Positions 1-10,704 of a stretch of 64,000 bases of DNA are shown here, piece after piece; within the stretch, counting starts at the first letter, position 1; the number at the start of each line of letters is the position of its first letter. This stretch comes from Chiloscyllium plagiosum. Lineage: Eukaryota. Below the pieces are notes generated by a model. It searched no databases. It was given only the letters and a program-made list of their open reading frames with translations, and was not told the DNA's origin. Both the position numbers and the translations under genes were made by a program. Where the stretch lies: assembly GCF_004010195.1 (NCBI RefSeq), contig NC_057719.1, positions 81,764,850-81,828,849 of the forward strand, written 5' to 3'.

Positions 1-122
1 TCTTTCATATGTTTTGCAAACTGAGTGAATGTCTATCATTGAGTCGCACAATAGTATTAAAAAAAGGCATAAAGTCTCCATATGGATGTCCGACAAATGG
101 ACGTCCACGATAGATCCTTCAA
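1..122 (-). other. EIF4G3: Internal 5'-leader exon, probably of EIF4G3; continues past the window edge
   Basis: Minus-strand acceptor tgtttctacAG|TTGAAGGATCTATCGTGGACGTCC...CATCCATATGGAGACTT...TATTGTGCGACTCAATGATAGACA. Non-repetitive and retains CpGs. Resembles my recollection of a human EIF4G3 5'UTR exon (TTGAAGGATTGGTACAGACATCC...GAGACTT...TATTGCTCGACTCACTGAAAGACA). The gene name rests on memory, not a search. Confidence 0.6.
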
Positions 123-3100
123 CTGTAGAAACATCATAATCAAGCCTAGCCCTGTTCTCTTAAGCAATATATACACACACACATACACACAAATCCATGT
201 GCACACACGTATACTACATCCACATATGATCCATGAGACACATGTACAGAATTGCACATGACAATAAGAACTTGCATTTATGTGTCTCTTTTAATTTAGT
301 AAAACATCCCCAGAAATTTCACATTGGATTTGGATTCAATTTGATTTATCACTATAAGCGTTGTCTTATGTGCTTTACAGGCAGATTGTGCTATACAAGT
401 GCATCAGGATAACAAAACAGAGTGCAGGATGCAATGTTACAGCTGCCAAGAAGATCTAGAGAGAGATCAACATTAACATTAGAGTGGTCAATACAAAAGT
501 CTGATAACAGCAGAGAAGAAGTTATGTTATCAAAAGTTAGCACCGTATCAAGTAGGATAGATGACAAAACGCTTGATTAAAGAGATAGATGGCAAAATGG
601 AAAGAGAGAGAGAGAAATAAGTAGAGGTTTTGGACAAAGGGGAAAATGAAATTTCAGAGCTCAAGCCTAAGTATCAGGACTTCCCAAATTTTTCCTCAAT
701 TTGACATTAATTAGAAGCATGGAAATTGCTTTAAGCCCAGAAGAGAAGGGGGTGGGGAAGTGCCCAGTGGTGGTGATGGGGTGCTGTCAGAGAGGGCCAC
801 CTGGGGAGGGGGGAGGAGGGGCTGCTGTCACAGATGGGGGCGGGGGGGGGGGAGAATTGTCAGAGTGGAGAGGGTGAAAGCTGTCTGAGCAGGGTGGTGG
901 TCTGTCAAAAGAAAAATGCATACATACATACTTTCCAACTGAGATCAGGAAAGCTCTCCACCCCTCACTGAAGGACACAACACAATGACAGTTCCCTTTC
1001 CTTTGACAGCTCAGGGCCAGGGTCAAACCTGGATATTCCTGTGCTCAGTTTAATTCCAGCTGTGGACTCTACCCACACTTTATCCCTCAATACAGAATTC
1101 ACACAAGGCGTGAGAAACTTGTTTTGGGGCGAGTTCGGAGGAACTGCTTCATCTGTTACTCACAGATCAATGTTTTTAACTAGGTTTCGCAACTTATTAA
1201 TTACCAGGAAAGACTGAAACTGTTAATAAATCTTTTCTCTGGAATAGAGTAGGGTGCCAGGTGACCTGATAGAGATCTTTACAGATCTGAAGAGGTTAGT
1301 TGAAGAGATGTTATCCTTGTGGCGAAATGAGGGCCTATAAACACAAAATCATTACTAATAAACAATAGGAAAATCTGAAGATAATTCTTCTCCTAGAATT
1401 GGTCAGACCATACAATTGGCTACCATAGGGAGTAATTATGCCAATTCACATTAAGGAGCATCTGGATTAAAACTTAAAATGCCAGGGCATAAAAACAATT
1501 GCAGGAAATTGGATTAATATAGTTTTGGGGTTTGTTGGTCAGCATGGTGGACCGAAGGGCCTGTTACTACCATGTGTGACTCTATGACATCACACTTATT
1601 ATGAAGCTTGATAAGTGCATGAGGGACACCGGAAAGGAAGGCTAGCAAACAGGCTGAGATTAAATTGGTTGCAGGGAAGCTCAAGCATACATTATTAATA
1701 CCAACACACACTGTCCACCTGCACCAAATGTCCTCTTTCTATTCGGTATAATCTACACAATGCTACGGAACTCATCAGAAGACAGACTTCATCCAGCACT
1801 GATTCCCTTCTAGCTGTTCTGTGCCCAACATCATATGAAACAATGCAAAAGTTCTACGTAACGCATTCATTTAATGCGACAGCACTTTGACACATCTCAA
1901 AATACTACACACAATCAATAGAACTCTATGTTATTCTTGGTTAGATTACTGTTGTACAATTAATATATATTATAATATATAAATCAGTTACCTCCACCTC
2001 CCTTAAGAACCAGAGGGGAAGAGAGAATGATTTTTAATTATACCAAGTCATTACCATCAAGAATACATAGGCTGACACAGAGTGCAGGTTCCAAAATAAT
2101 GTTTAGAAAAGGGTGTAAACTTGAATAGGTAGGAAAAAGGTACAGAGGCCCTTGGTGAAAGAGCAAGGAAGGGTAAGAGTAACTAGATAACTTTTTTCAA
2201 CAAAATTAATTCAGTCAAACTAGTCCAAATTGTTACCTTCTGGGCTGTAAAGCTCTACAATTATTATAAGGGATTAAAATTGCAATGTCATCCTTCATAT
2301 TTTTCTAAGTACTTTTTTTCATCATATTAGTGGTGGGTTTTTTGGGGGGGTATTAAGTTCTGCTTTTAGAATATTAAAGGTTCAAGGGTATTTCACAAAG
2401 TCAATATTTAAAACCATTGACAAATTATTTAGTGGGAAGATGAGGACAATATCAGTTGCCTGGTTGTCCATATCTGTAATGCTTTACCATGGTGGAAGCT
2501 GGCTCCATCAATCATTTCAAAAATGGGACTTGGACAAGAATGGAGGATGAGGAACAGTAGAGTGTCAAAAAAGTAAAATAAGACATAGATATAGGAACAA
2601 ATAGACCATTCCGCCCCATTAAGTCTGCTCCACTAGTCAATGACATTCTGGCTGATCTGATAATCAACTCCACTTCCCATAACTCTTGGTTCACTTAAAG
2701 ATTAAAAATCTGTCTATCTCAGCCTTGAACATACTTAACAACCCAGAGACTTTTGTGGCAAGGAATTCCACAGATTTACAACCCTCTGAAAAGACGAAAT
2801 TCCTCCTATGTTTTTGTCAACTATGCCTTTCAAAAATCTAACACAGGCAAAAGAATGGACCAAATGGCCTCCTTCTGTGCTGTAACTTTCAACAAACTAT
2901 CATTCTTTCATAAATAAATCACATATGTCAATTTCTTCAAGATACATGCAGTATCTCTCTCTAATGCAGGAGGCTTGACAATGAGTCAATCAGCTCTTAA
3001 GGGCATCATAGTTCATTAAAGTGAAGTAATGCAAATCTACTTATCACTTGTAGTAAAAACACATTTAACTAGAAAGAGATCTAAAACTAAAGTCCATTGA

Positions 3101-4074
3101 ATACAAGTTTAAGGGCTGACCTAGTGGAGAGTTTTCGATTGAAGGATTTGATAGGGTAGATCAAAGAAACTATTTTCTCAAAGAATTAAAGTTAAATTCT
3201 ACTGGATGCTGGAAATCTGGAATAAGGGCAGAAAGTGTTGGAAAGTCTCTGGCAAACCAAGGAAACCAGAGTTAACAATTTCAAGTCCAAAGAGTGTTCT
3301 TCAAAACTATGCGTTTCTTTCACCAGACTGAGTTTCTCCAACACTTGCTGTGTGTGTGTGTGTATATATGCACGCTTGTGCCATGCACACAGGGGTGGAC
3401 AGAGGGTATGGAGGCCAGACAAGGGCACATAACCTTAAAATTAGAGTGTGCCAGTTCAGGCATAATGTCAGAAAGCACTTCTTTGCACAAAGAAGATATC
3501 TGAAACTGTGTCTAAAAAAGCTGATGTTATTAGCAGTCAATATAAATTTCAAAATGAAACTGAAAGACTATTAATAGGTAAAGGTGTTCAGGGTTATGGA
3601 ATCAAGTTGGTAAAGTGACATTGAGATATTGGTCTACAATGATCTTATTCATCAAGTGATGTTCATGTTCCTACTTACAAAGTTGGGAGGCTTTTTCCCC
3701 AGGAGAGTCTACTCATGTTGTTATTAGTTTCAGAACTTGCCTTTTTCTGAACAGTAACTGTCTTCGATGCATTTTCAATTATTTTTTCTTAACAATGTTC
3801 CTCTGGTCTTGAAATAACTTCCCAGGATAAATTTGTGGAACATCCCCGCCATTCCAAACATTTGCTAGCGTGCACTGTTCGAGTAATATTGTTTCCTGCT
3901 TTGTGCATGCAATGATATTTTACATTTCACTTTGTTACAACTTTCCTTGAATAAACATAATGCCCATTGTAAAATAATAAAATTAAAACATATTTATGTT
4001 GCAACTTTCATGATCTCACAAAGCACTTTATATCGAATTAAGTACTTTGGAGTATCCTCACTGGTATTGTTTAA

Positions 4075-5125
4075 GGAAAGCTGTAGAGGTGAGGTTAGAG
4101 TAGCATCAAGGAACCCGAGCACAAGTCAGGTCAATGGGAATCAGGGGAAAACTCTCCACTGGATGGAGTTGCACCTGGCACAGAGGAAGAGACTTGTGGT
4201 TGTTAGGCATCAGTCAGCTCAGCTTCAGACATCACTGCCCTCGTGTCCAGGGCCCAACCACCTTCAGCTGTTTTATCAATGACTTTCCCTCCATAAGGTC
4301 AGAAGTCAGGATGTTTGCTTATGATCGCACAATGTTCAGCAGCATTTGTGACTCCTTAGATACTGAAGCAGTTCAAGTTCAAATGCAAAAAGATCTAGAC
4401 AATATCTAGGCTTGGGCTGAAAAATGGCAAGAAACATTCGCACACACAAATGCCAGACAATGACTATCTCCAACAAAAGAGAATCTAGTCATCTACCCTT
4501 CACATTCAAAAGGTATTATCATCACTGAATCCTTCATTCTCAACATCCTGGAGGTTACCATGGAGCAGAAAGTGAACTTGACTAGCTATATAAATAGTGG
4601 GTACAAGGGTCAGTCAGAGGCTATTCTGCAGTAACTAACCTGCTGGCTTCCCAAAGCCTGTCCACTATCTTCAAGTCAGAAGTATGATGGAATACTCCAT
4701 ACTTGTCTAAATGAGTGCAGCTCCAACAACACTCAAGAAGCTTGACACCATCCAGGACAAAACAGCCCACATTTACTGGCAACACGTTAACAAACATTCA
4801 CTCCATCCACCACTGACATTCAGTAGCAGCAGTGTGTATTCTCCACAAGATGCATCACAAATTCACCAGAGACAATAGTTTCCAAATGCATCCATCTTGA
4901 TGCTCAACGGCAGCAGAAATGAGAACACCACCACCTTCAAGCCTCTCACCATCCTGTCTCTGGGTCCAGGAATCCTGGAACTCTCTTCTCAATGGCATTG
5001 TGGATCTACTCACAGCACATGCACTGCAGCAGCTCAAGAAGGCAGGTCACCAATCTTCTGAAGGGCAACTATGGATCGTAAAGAGTGCTGGCCAGCCAGC
5101 AACTTCCCACATTCCATAAATGAAT
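4075..5125 (+). mobile_element. CR1/L2-clade LINE, 3' RT fragment (decayed)
   Basis: Translation GPTTFSCFINDFPSIRSEVRMFAYDRT...QKDLDNI is a degenerate RT FADD region. Same family as 19595-20345. Confidence 0.85.
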
Positions 5126-5632
5126 TTTTAAAACCCAATCTGCACAAATCAAGATCCACAAATGCCAATGATGCAAACGTGAATGAGCTAGGTGGCTGTT
5201 TTTGAATAATGCTAGCTCGAAGCACCGAAAGACCTTTTTACTGTGTTTTAGGTCGTTGTGACTCATCTATTCTTAGTGATTTTGGTTGGGGTATTAAATA
5301 TTCTCCAGAGCACTTAGGGAGAGCTTCCTACTACTAATAAAAATCATGCCACGGGAGCTTTCATTTCAGTCATTCAGGGGAATGTAGGCACCTGAGAAGG
5401 TGGATTATGACTACAGTTTAGACTGATGGATTTATTTAATATATTCTCACTTGTAATTAGGTGTAGTGAAAGATGGATAATGTCGCCACGTTCCGGCGCC
5501 ATCTTGGTTGACAATAATTTGCTGAATAAATCGTACAAAACGGTAAAATACTGAATAAATGAAGATCACTCAAACTTCAAAAGTTCTTCTCTCCCTGCCC
5601 GTAGACTTAATCCTCTCAGCTACCCCGGTTAC

Positions 5633-5770
5633 CGCGGACAATGTCACCGGGGGTCCTGGCAACGTGCTCCGCTTTTCTGCCGCCATCGTCGCAGTCGCAG
5701 CCGGAGACGGTTAGTGCCGCGCGCGTCTCGCGCCGCCTCCTCCTCCTCCGACAATGTCCTGGCTCCGAAG
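5633..5770 (-). other. EIF4G3: Candidate leader exon in the CpG island (EIF4G3-like)
   Basis: Minus strand GACATTGTCGGAGGAGGAGGAGGCGGC...GGCACTAACC...GCGACTGCGACGATGGCGGCAG resembles the recalled human EIF4G3 leader. Candidate donors GCG|gtaacc (exon end 5633) or CCG|gtgaca (5648). The 5' boundary is approximate. Confidence 0.5.
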
Positions 5771-5882
5771 CCACCCAACCAAGATGGAGTTGGGCTTGGA
5801 GATCCATAAGGGCCAGAATGGTGGTGGTGCTCCCGCGGGAGGAGGCCCCCAAGGCAACCAAAATAAAACAAATTAACGTTAC

Positions 5883-5965
5883 CGTGCTGGATGATGCCAT
5901 GCGGACGCAGCAGAACCCGCCATGAGCTCAGGTGCCGAACACTGCCAACCCCGCCGCCATCTTGA
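5883..5965 (-). other. Candidate first exon beginning at the YY1 motif AAGATGGCGGCG
   Basis: Minus strand TCAAGATGGCGGCGGGG...CATCATCCAGCACG|gtaacgttaatttgtttt: a donor followed by AT-rich intron-like sequence. Contains three ATGs (5960, 5923, 5900). Confidence 0.45.
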
Positions 5966-6326
5966 AAAGCTACTATCTCATCCCAAAGATGGCATTTTTG
6001 ACAACATCCACTACGTTCCCTGGAGTGGGATATGACCCCATAATCCTCTTGCTCGAGGCTGAAATGCTACTGGCTGCACCGTGTCTGGTGTTTACGTTAA
6101 AACAAGTGTTTACGTTAAAACAAGTGCATGAAATAAACGACAAAAAAGTTGCTGGAAGTCTGAAGTATAAATAAAGAATATCAACTCAAAAAAACTAACG
6201 GTAGAAGCCAAACATGGATCACATGTCAGACGATTGGGATTGCAGTCGTGTTACTGACTACATTCCCGATGAATACTTCGCTAAAGTTGTGAAGTAAACA
6301 GGAAGGAGGAATAACTCTTCAACAGA

Positions 6327-6479
6327 GCTGAAAATGTGTTGCTGGAAAAGCGCAGCAGGTCAGGCAGCATCCAAGGAGCAGGAGAATCGACGTTTCGGGC
6401 ATGAGCCCTTCTTCAGGAAACATCTTTTTCACATTTTCAACTCTGATTTCCAGCATCTGCAGTCCTCACTTTGTCCTAG
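6327..6479. mobile_element. Short Penelope-derived insertion with internal inversion and 14-bp target-site duplication
   Basis: aactcttcaacaga at 6313-6326 and 6480-6493. Minus-strand CCTGAAGAAGGGCTCATGCCCGAAACGTC joined to a plus-oriented tail. Same repeat family at about 32280, 48585, 51848, 59334 and 63304. Confidence 0.8.
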
Positions 6480-7047
6480 AACTCTTCAACAGAACTCACT
6501 TTGGACTTCCTCATTTTATTAGCTACTGGACCCTAGCACAGGAATGAACAGGACACCGCAATCATGATCATCTACAAGTCCCTTCACTTGATAACTGGTG
6601 TCCACACCGTCTATTACCTAGGCCCACAGCTCTAAATTCTTCCACTTTTCCAATTCAATTCCCTTCTTTAAGGACTTTACTTAAAACTAAGCTCTTGATT
6701 GACCTTTGGATCTTCAGCCCCAATACCTACCTAAGTTGCTAAATGCCAAATCTGTTCTGGTAATTCTCTTGCTGAAGCACTTTACAACACTTAGCTACAT
6801 CAAAGATGCTAGCTGAATGCAAATCATTGTTACAAGTGCATGAATGATATTTTGTTTGCAATTTGCATTGCATTTATAAATAAGAGGAAAGGAGAAAAAA
6901 AAAGCTTGCCAGGCAATTATTTTGGAGACTGTGATCTTAAAGTGTCTCCCTTGAGATATTCCTTTCACCATAACTACATTTTTGGTAAACAAACTTTGAG
7001 AGCTGTAATCAGAGCTTCAAGTTAAAATATGAACAACATTAATAGTA

Positions 7048-7642
7048 TATAGAACTGTACAACACAGGAAGGGGCCCTTTGGCCAACAATATTGTGCCGA
7101 ACTTGAAGCTAAACTAACTCTTCTGACTGCCCTTGGTCCATACCTCTCCAATGCATATTCATGTGCTTATCTAAAAGTCCCTTAAACACCTCTATCATAT
7201 CTGTCTCCCCTGGCAGCACCTTCCATACTCCTACCATTTTCTGTGTAAAAAAACTTACCCCTCATATCTCCTTTGAACTTTCCCGCTCTCACCTTAAATG
7301 CACATCCCTCGTATTAGATACTTCAACTCTGGGAAAAAGATTCTGACCATCAACCCTATCTATACATTTCATAACTTTATAGACTTCTATCAAGTCTCCC
7401 CTCAGCCTCCGCTGCTCCAGAGAAAACAACCCAAGTTTTTCTAGCCTCTCCTAATAATTCATATCCTCTAATCCAGGTAGCATCTTCTGCACCCCTTTCT
7501 GCGACCAGAATTGAACACAATACTCTTAAGTATGGCCTAACCAAAGTTGAATAAACTGCAACATGATGTCCTGACTCTTGTACTCAATTCCCAATCAATA
7601 AAGGCAAGCATGTCATACGCTTTCTTTGCCACCCTATCTATT
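7048..7642 (-). mobile_element. CR1 LINE 3' fragment
   Basis: Reverse strand carries the C-terminal RT motifs (GLFSLE..RLRGDL.EVYK) and the typical shark CR1 3'UTR. Confidence 0.85.
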
Positions 7643-8689
7643 AATGCTTTAAAATAAAATCAGGTTGATTGTTCCTCCTTCCATTCCAAGCTCTCAGCTC
7701 CAGTTTTTCTCTGACAGTTCACAAAACAACCATCATCCTCACCCTAGCCATGTCAGAGAGTGGCTGGTTCTTCCACCATGAGGGCCATTTTATCTAAGCT
7801 TATGTCTGTTCCCCACCCCTAGCCAATTTCAATATTTACATAAAGAAGTGGGGGGGGGGGGGGAGTTGTGGTGGAGAATTCCCCCTCAGTTCGCCCCTAG
7901 CACAGATGAGGAATTTCAGCATAGACCCCAGGGTTTGCAGACGAACCCTGGCTGATCTTTTATGGCTTAACTATCCGCAGTGAAAGAGCTCAGCTGAAGG
8001 GGAGCCAAAGTAGGGGGAGAGGGTATGAGGCAGAGGTGCAACATAGTAAGAAGGGAAGGGGAAGGGAAATCATTGCTCAGTAACAATGAAGAGCTTTTGA
8101 AAAGCAAATTCTGAATAAAAAGATCATTGTCTCTAGCATGAGAAAACCTCCTGCGAAACATTCAGTTGTGCACTTGATGCATTGCCATTTCTATCCATAG
8201 ACTAAAGAACGTTCACCTGTTTAAATGTGTGTGGCTCAACTCCCAGTTTGTGCTTTCATTTAATCTTGAGAGCTACAGCCTCCACTAAGGCAGCAATTAT
8301 TTTGCACCAAATCTTACACTGAACAGTGTGATGGCAATTATGTTCTGCAGGAACAGTTTTAGCTCTGACAACTTGTCAGTCACTTTATTGTCACACTTGC
8401 CTCACACAGCTACAAAACCCATGGTACACAGACCTTGCTGCACCATTAATATGTACTGTCCACCCAGACCTTTTAAACAGGGATTTTCTCACACTGTCGT
8501 TGCTACACTATATAATTAACAGTGCTAAACCATGTGATACAATGCTTACCATGTCCCTGTCAAACTCAAGACCCCTTCTCTGCCATGAAACATTAAATCC
8601 ATCACACTCACCCTCATTGATCATTTATATACCCTGAATCCAAACCCATAGCAAACTGACCATACCAGAAAATGCCTACCAATAAAATC

Positions 8690-9380
8690 TACACACTATA
8701 CCTGCAATAAAATCTATCCATTAATCCTAACAAAATCCATTTGCTCTCTCCCTAACATGTAATTCACACCATTCTGACCTTACCAAATAAATCTATATGC
8801 TCAGTCCCCAACATACAGCCATATACTGACTGTTGCATATTATTTAGACAACACTTACTTAGAATAGCATGAGCTTTATGTTTGACTTTAGCATAGGATT
8901 TATACCACACTGACTTTAACATATATTTCATACAATTCTGATCCTAATAAAATCTACACCATACTGACTTTAACATATATTTCATACTATTCTGATTCTA
9001 ATAAAATCTATACCATGCTGACTCTAACACAGGATAAGTATAGATATGTGTCAGAGTCAGTGTGGTATAGATTTTGTTAGGATCAGAATGGTATAAGCTA
9101 CATGTTAGAGTAAATGTAGTGCAGATTATGTTAGGATCAGTTTAGCACAAGCTAACATAATCTATACTACATTTACTTTAACATGTAGCCCATGCCATTC
9201 TGATCCTAACACAAGATCTATACCAGACTGACTCTAGCATGTTGCCCATACCATTCTGATCCTAATATATCTATACCTTACTAAATCTAACATATAGCCT
9301 GTACCATTCTGATGCTAACACAAGATGTATTAACTCTAAAATATCGCTCACACCACTCTAAACTACCCATGTGCTCACTG
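8690..9380. repeat. Degenerate ~26-27 bp minisatellite containing an inverted block
   Basis: Recurring tataccattctgatcctaaca / ccatactgactttaaca units. Block 9053-9134 is in the opposite orientation. Confidence 0.85.
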
Positions 9381-9429
9381 ATCCTGTCTCGAAGCGATGC
9401 CACTCTGAGTTTAAGATAACATCCATAAA

Positions 9430-10000
9430 ACACAAAAATTCCGCGGACATTCAACCGACTACAAAGCCACGGACAAGAACCAACGCAGCCCGGTCTCCTG
9501 TCCTGTCCTAGTCCCGCGGTCCGCGGTGGGCAAGGACTTACCGAGGAAAGTGAGCAGGTAAAGTGTTCGGAGCTGGGAGCCCATCGGGGTCAAGCCCATG
9601 GCGATGGCAGAGCGGGGCTGCAGAGTCTGGTCTCTTGGCGGCTGTGCTGGGAATGTGTGTGTTAAAAGGGTGGGGGAACAGGCTGTGACTGTCCTGGCGT
9701 CGCTCTGTACAGTCGATCCAGATTGCAGCCACTGCCAAATGTTTCACGCTAACACTCCTGTTTTTGTTTTAACTAGCGCTCAATCATATGACCTGGTTAA
9801 TTTAATCTGACCAAACAAAAACTAAAGCCTTCCACTGGAACTGCAACCATTCGCTTTCTGGTTCCGTCCCCAACCCATCAGGGGCATTGGTTGTGAATTA
9901 TTCAGCTCTTTGAACCAGCAAAGTTTGCCAGTGTTTCACATGTTGGACACGACCTCTCTGGAACCGGACCAATAAAAACCTCACCCCGTCCAACTACATT
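9430..10000 (-). promoter_or_regulatory. Second, weaker CpG-rich promoter-like region
   Basis: Local CpG enrichment (ccgcgg three times), CCAAT/ATTGG boxes near 9886 and 9969, non-repetitive sequence around the 9542-9599 exon. Confidence 0.5.
9542..9599 (-). CDS. Coding part of a candidate first exon, MGLTPMGSQLRTLYLLTFL+1 nt (signal-peptide-like or uORF start)
   Basis: Kozak context gccatcgccATGG. 58 nt open up to a consensus donor CTCG|GTAAGT at 9541. Lies in a locally CpG-rich region. Confidence 0.55.
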
Positions 10001-10704
10001 GTGTGAATAATTTAACCCCATGCCAACTAATTTAAATGGTTCATATTTTAAACAAAACCCTCCACTTTTAACTGCAGTTTCTCCGCTTTGAAGGGGTATT
10101 GAGCAGTGACTGTGGACCCCACTCTATCTCCCATATATGACAATTCTCAACCACCTCTTCGACCGGGCGTTTCACAGCGGCTTCGCTGTGTAGGGGTAAT
10201 GTAGAAGCAAATTACTGCAGTTGCTGGAATCTGTACTGAAAGCAACAAATGCTGGAGAACACGGCGAGTCGGGCAGCATCCATGAAGAGAGAGAGCAACC
10301 TAACGTTTCCAGTCTAGATGACTCTACATCAGAGTCATTTTGCACTGACCCTGACAATTTGCAAGAATATCCCTATTATTAGCACTACCAAACTCATATT
10401 TCTTTTATGCCTGTCTTTCTTAAATGTTGAATATCCTCGAATAAATGACAACTATATTAGACCCTTTTACATCAGCTCATCTGCGTTATTATGAATGGTC
10501 TGTCCATACAGGTAGTGCACCTGTACATCTGTCTTTTTAAACATCATTCCATGCTTTGACTCTAGTTGATATTGTTATTTGTTGTCACATTGTTTCCACT
10601 TCGCACCGTTTCTACTTCCTACACCCAGCTTAGATTCTCTTCTGTCTAAATTCCCTCACCGATTTTGATTCTCTCTGTTGAGCTGGTTTAGACCATGTCT
10701 AGCT

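Larger units (their letters stand above)
5470..6290 (-). promoter_or_regulatory. CpG-island housekeeping promoter with clustered YY1 motifs and ZNF143/THAP11-like motifs
   Basis: Dense CpG in an otherwise CpG-depleted window. CGCCATCTT at 5497-5505, CCGCCATCTT at 5954-5963, AAGATGGC at 5986-5993, AAGATGG at 5781. ACTAC(A/G)TTCCC-like motifs near 6010 and 6257, and a reverse-strand one near 6235. Confidence 0.85.

Noticed and set aside
745..900. G-run cluster (potential G-quadruplex) and Pro-rich ORF 787-1026
   Set aside because: Low-complexity intronic sequence with no further support.
1772..1838. C/D-box snoRNA-like arrangement on the minus strand (ATGATGT ... CTGA)
   Set aside because: Imperfect C box, only a 3-bp terminal stem, and no convincing rRNA guide of 10 nt or more that I could identify.
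3741..3895. Possible minus-strand GC-AG exon (AAG|gcaagt)
   Set aside because: The acceptor has no pyrimidine tract and all three frames contain stops. It could only be an unsupported non-coding exon.
5616..5925. Overlapping 75-94 aa ORFs in the CpG island
   Set aside because: Expected by chance in GC-rich DNA; they run through the apparent splice donors and resemble no protein I know.
10173..10190. GC-rich hairpin CACAGCG-gctt-CGCTGTG resembling a terminator or Helitron 3' end
   Set aside because: No CTRR terminus or T-tract at the right spacing; a 7-bp stem is expected by chance.
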